Below the pieces are notes generated by a model. That model was given only the letters and a program-made list of their open reading frames with translations. It was not told the DNA's origin and searched no databases. Positions 63,977 to 64,000 of a stretch of DNA of 64,000 bases are shown here, piece after piece. Position 1 is the stretch's first letter; every line of letters begins with the position of its first letter. The DNA is from a virus (Duplodnaviria > Caudoviricetes). A program made the position numbers and the translations under genes. The stretch lies in the IMG/VR virus record IMGVR_UViG_3300033121_001571; one strand, 5' to 3'.

Positions 63977-64000
63977 GAAAGACGCTATTGTTTGGAAATA

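Overview
This window looks like part of a large (jumbo-type) lytic phage genome, probably infecting a high-GC host. A Cys-rich lipoprotein and several high-GC genes hint at Myxococcota (inference). No structural, terminase or polymerase genes are visible. It has three parts. (1) A left arm (1-13.7 kb, minus strand) and (2) a right arm (45.6-64 kb, plus strand) are AT-rich, tightly coupled tandem arrays. Together they hold roughly 100 highly diverged small paralogs starting with a (K/R)xGD[LI][VI] motif, a predicted SH3/KOW-like small beta-barrel. The arrays point away from each other and run to both window edges. (3) A higher-GC central zone (14-45.5 kb) holds mixed-orientation genes. Many carry their own promoter, GTG[ACT]A-N / 17 bp / TAnnn(T/C). 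In about 24 cases this is followed after exactly 6 nt by the start codon (leaderless mRNA), and the -35 box often supplies the upstream gene's TGA stop. Several genes are flanked by direct repeats of these promoters or of terminators, which suggests a gene-cassette shuffling system. Recognisable genes: RadA/Sms-like ATPase, MoxR-type AAA+ ATPase, HExxH protein, AlkB dioxygenase, DUF6915-, DUF4031- and interrupted DUF4314-like proteins, and tRNA-Lys(UUU). Non-coding highlights: a complete type II hammerhead ribozyme in a 5' UTR, tandem Y-RNA-like permuted tRNA mimics, a further candidate structured RNA, a small palindromic element that has disrupted two genes, and two repeat-rich intergenic loci that could be origin or terminus signals. 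Family names are from motif recognition, not database searches.
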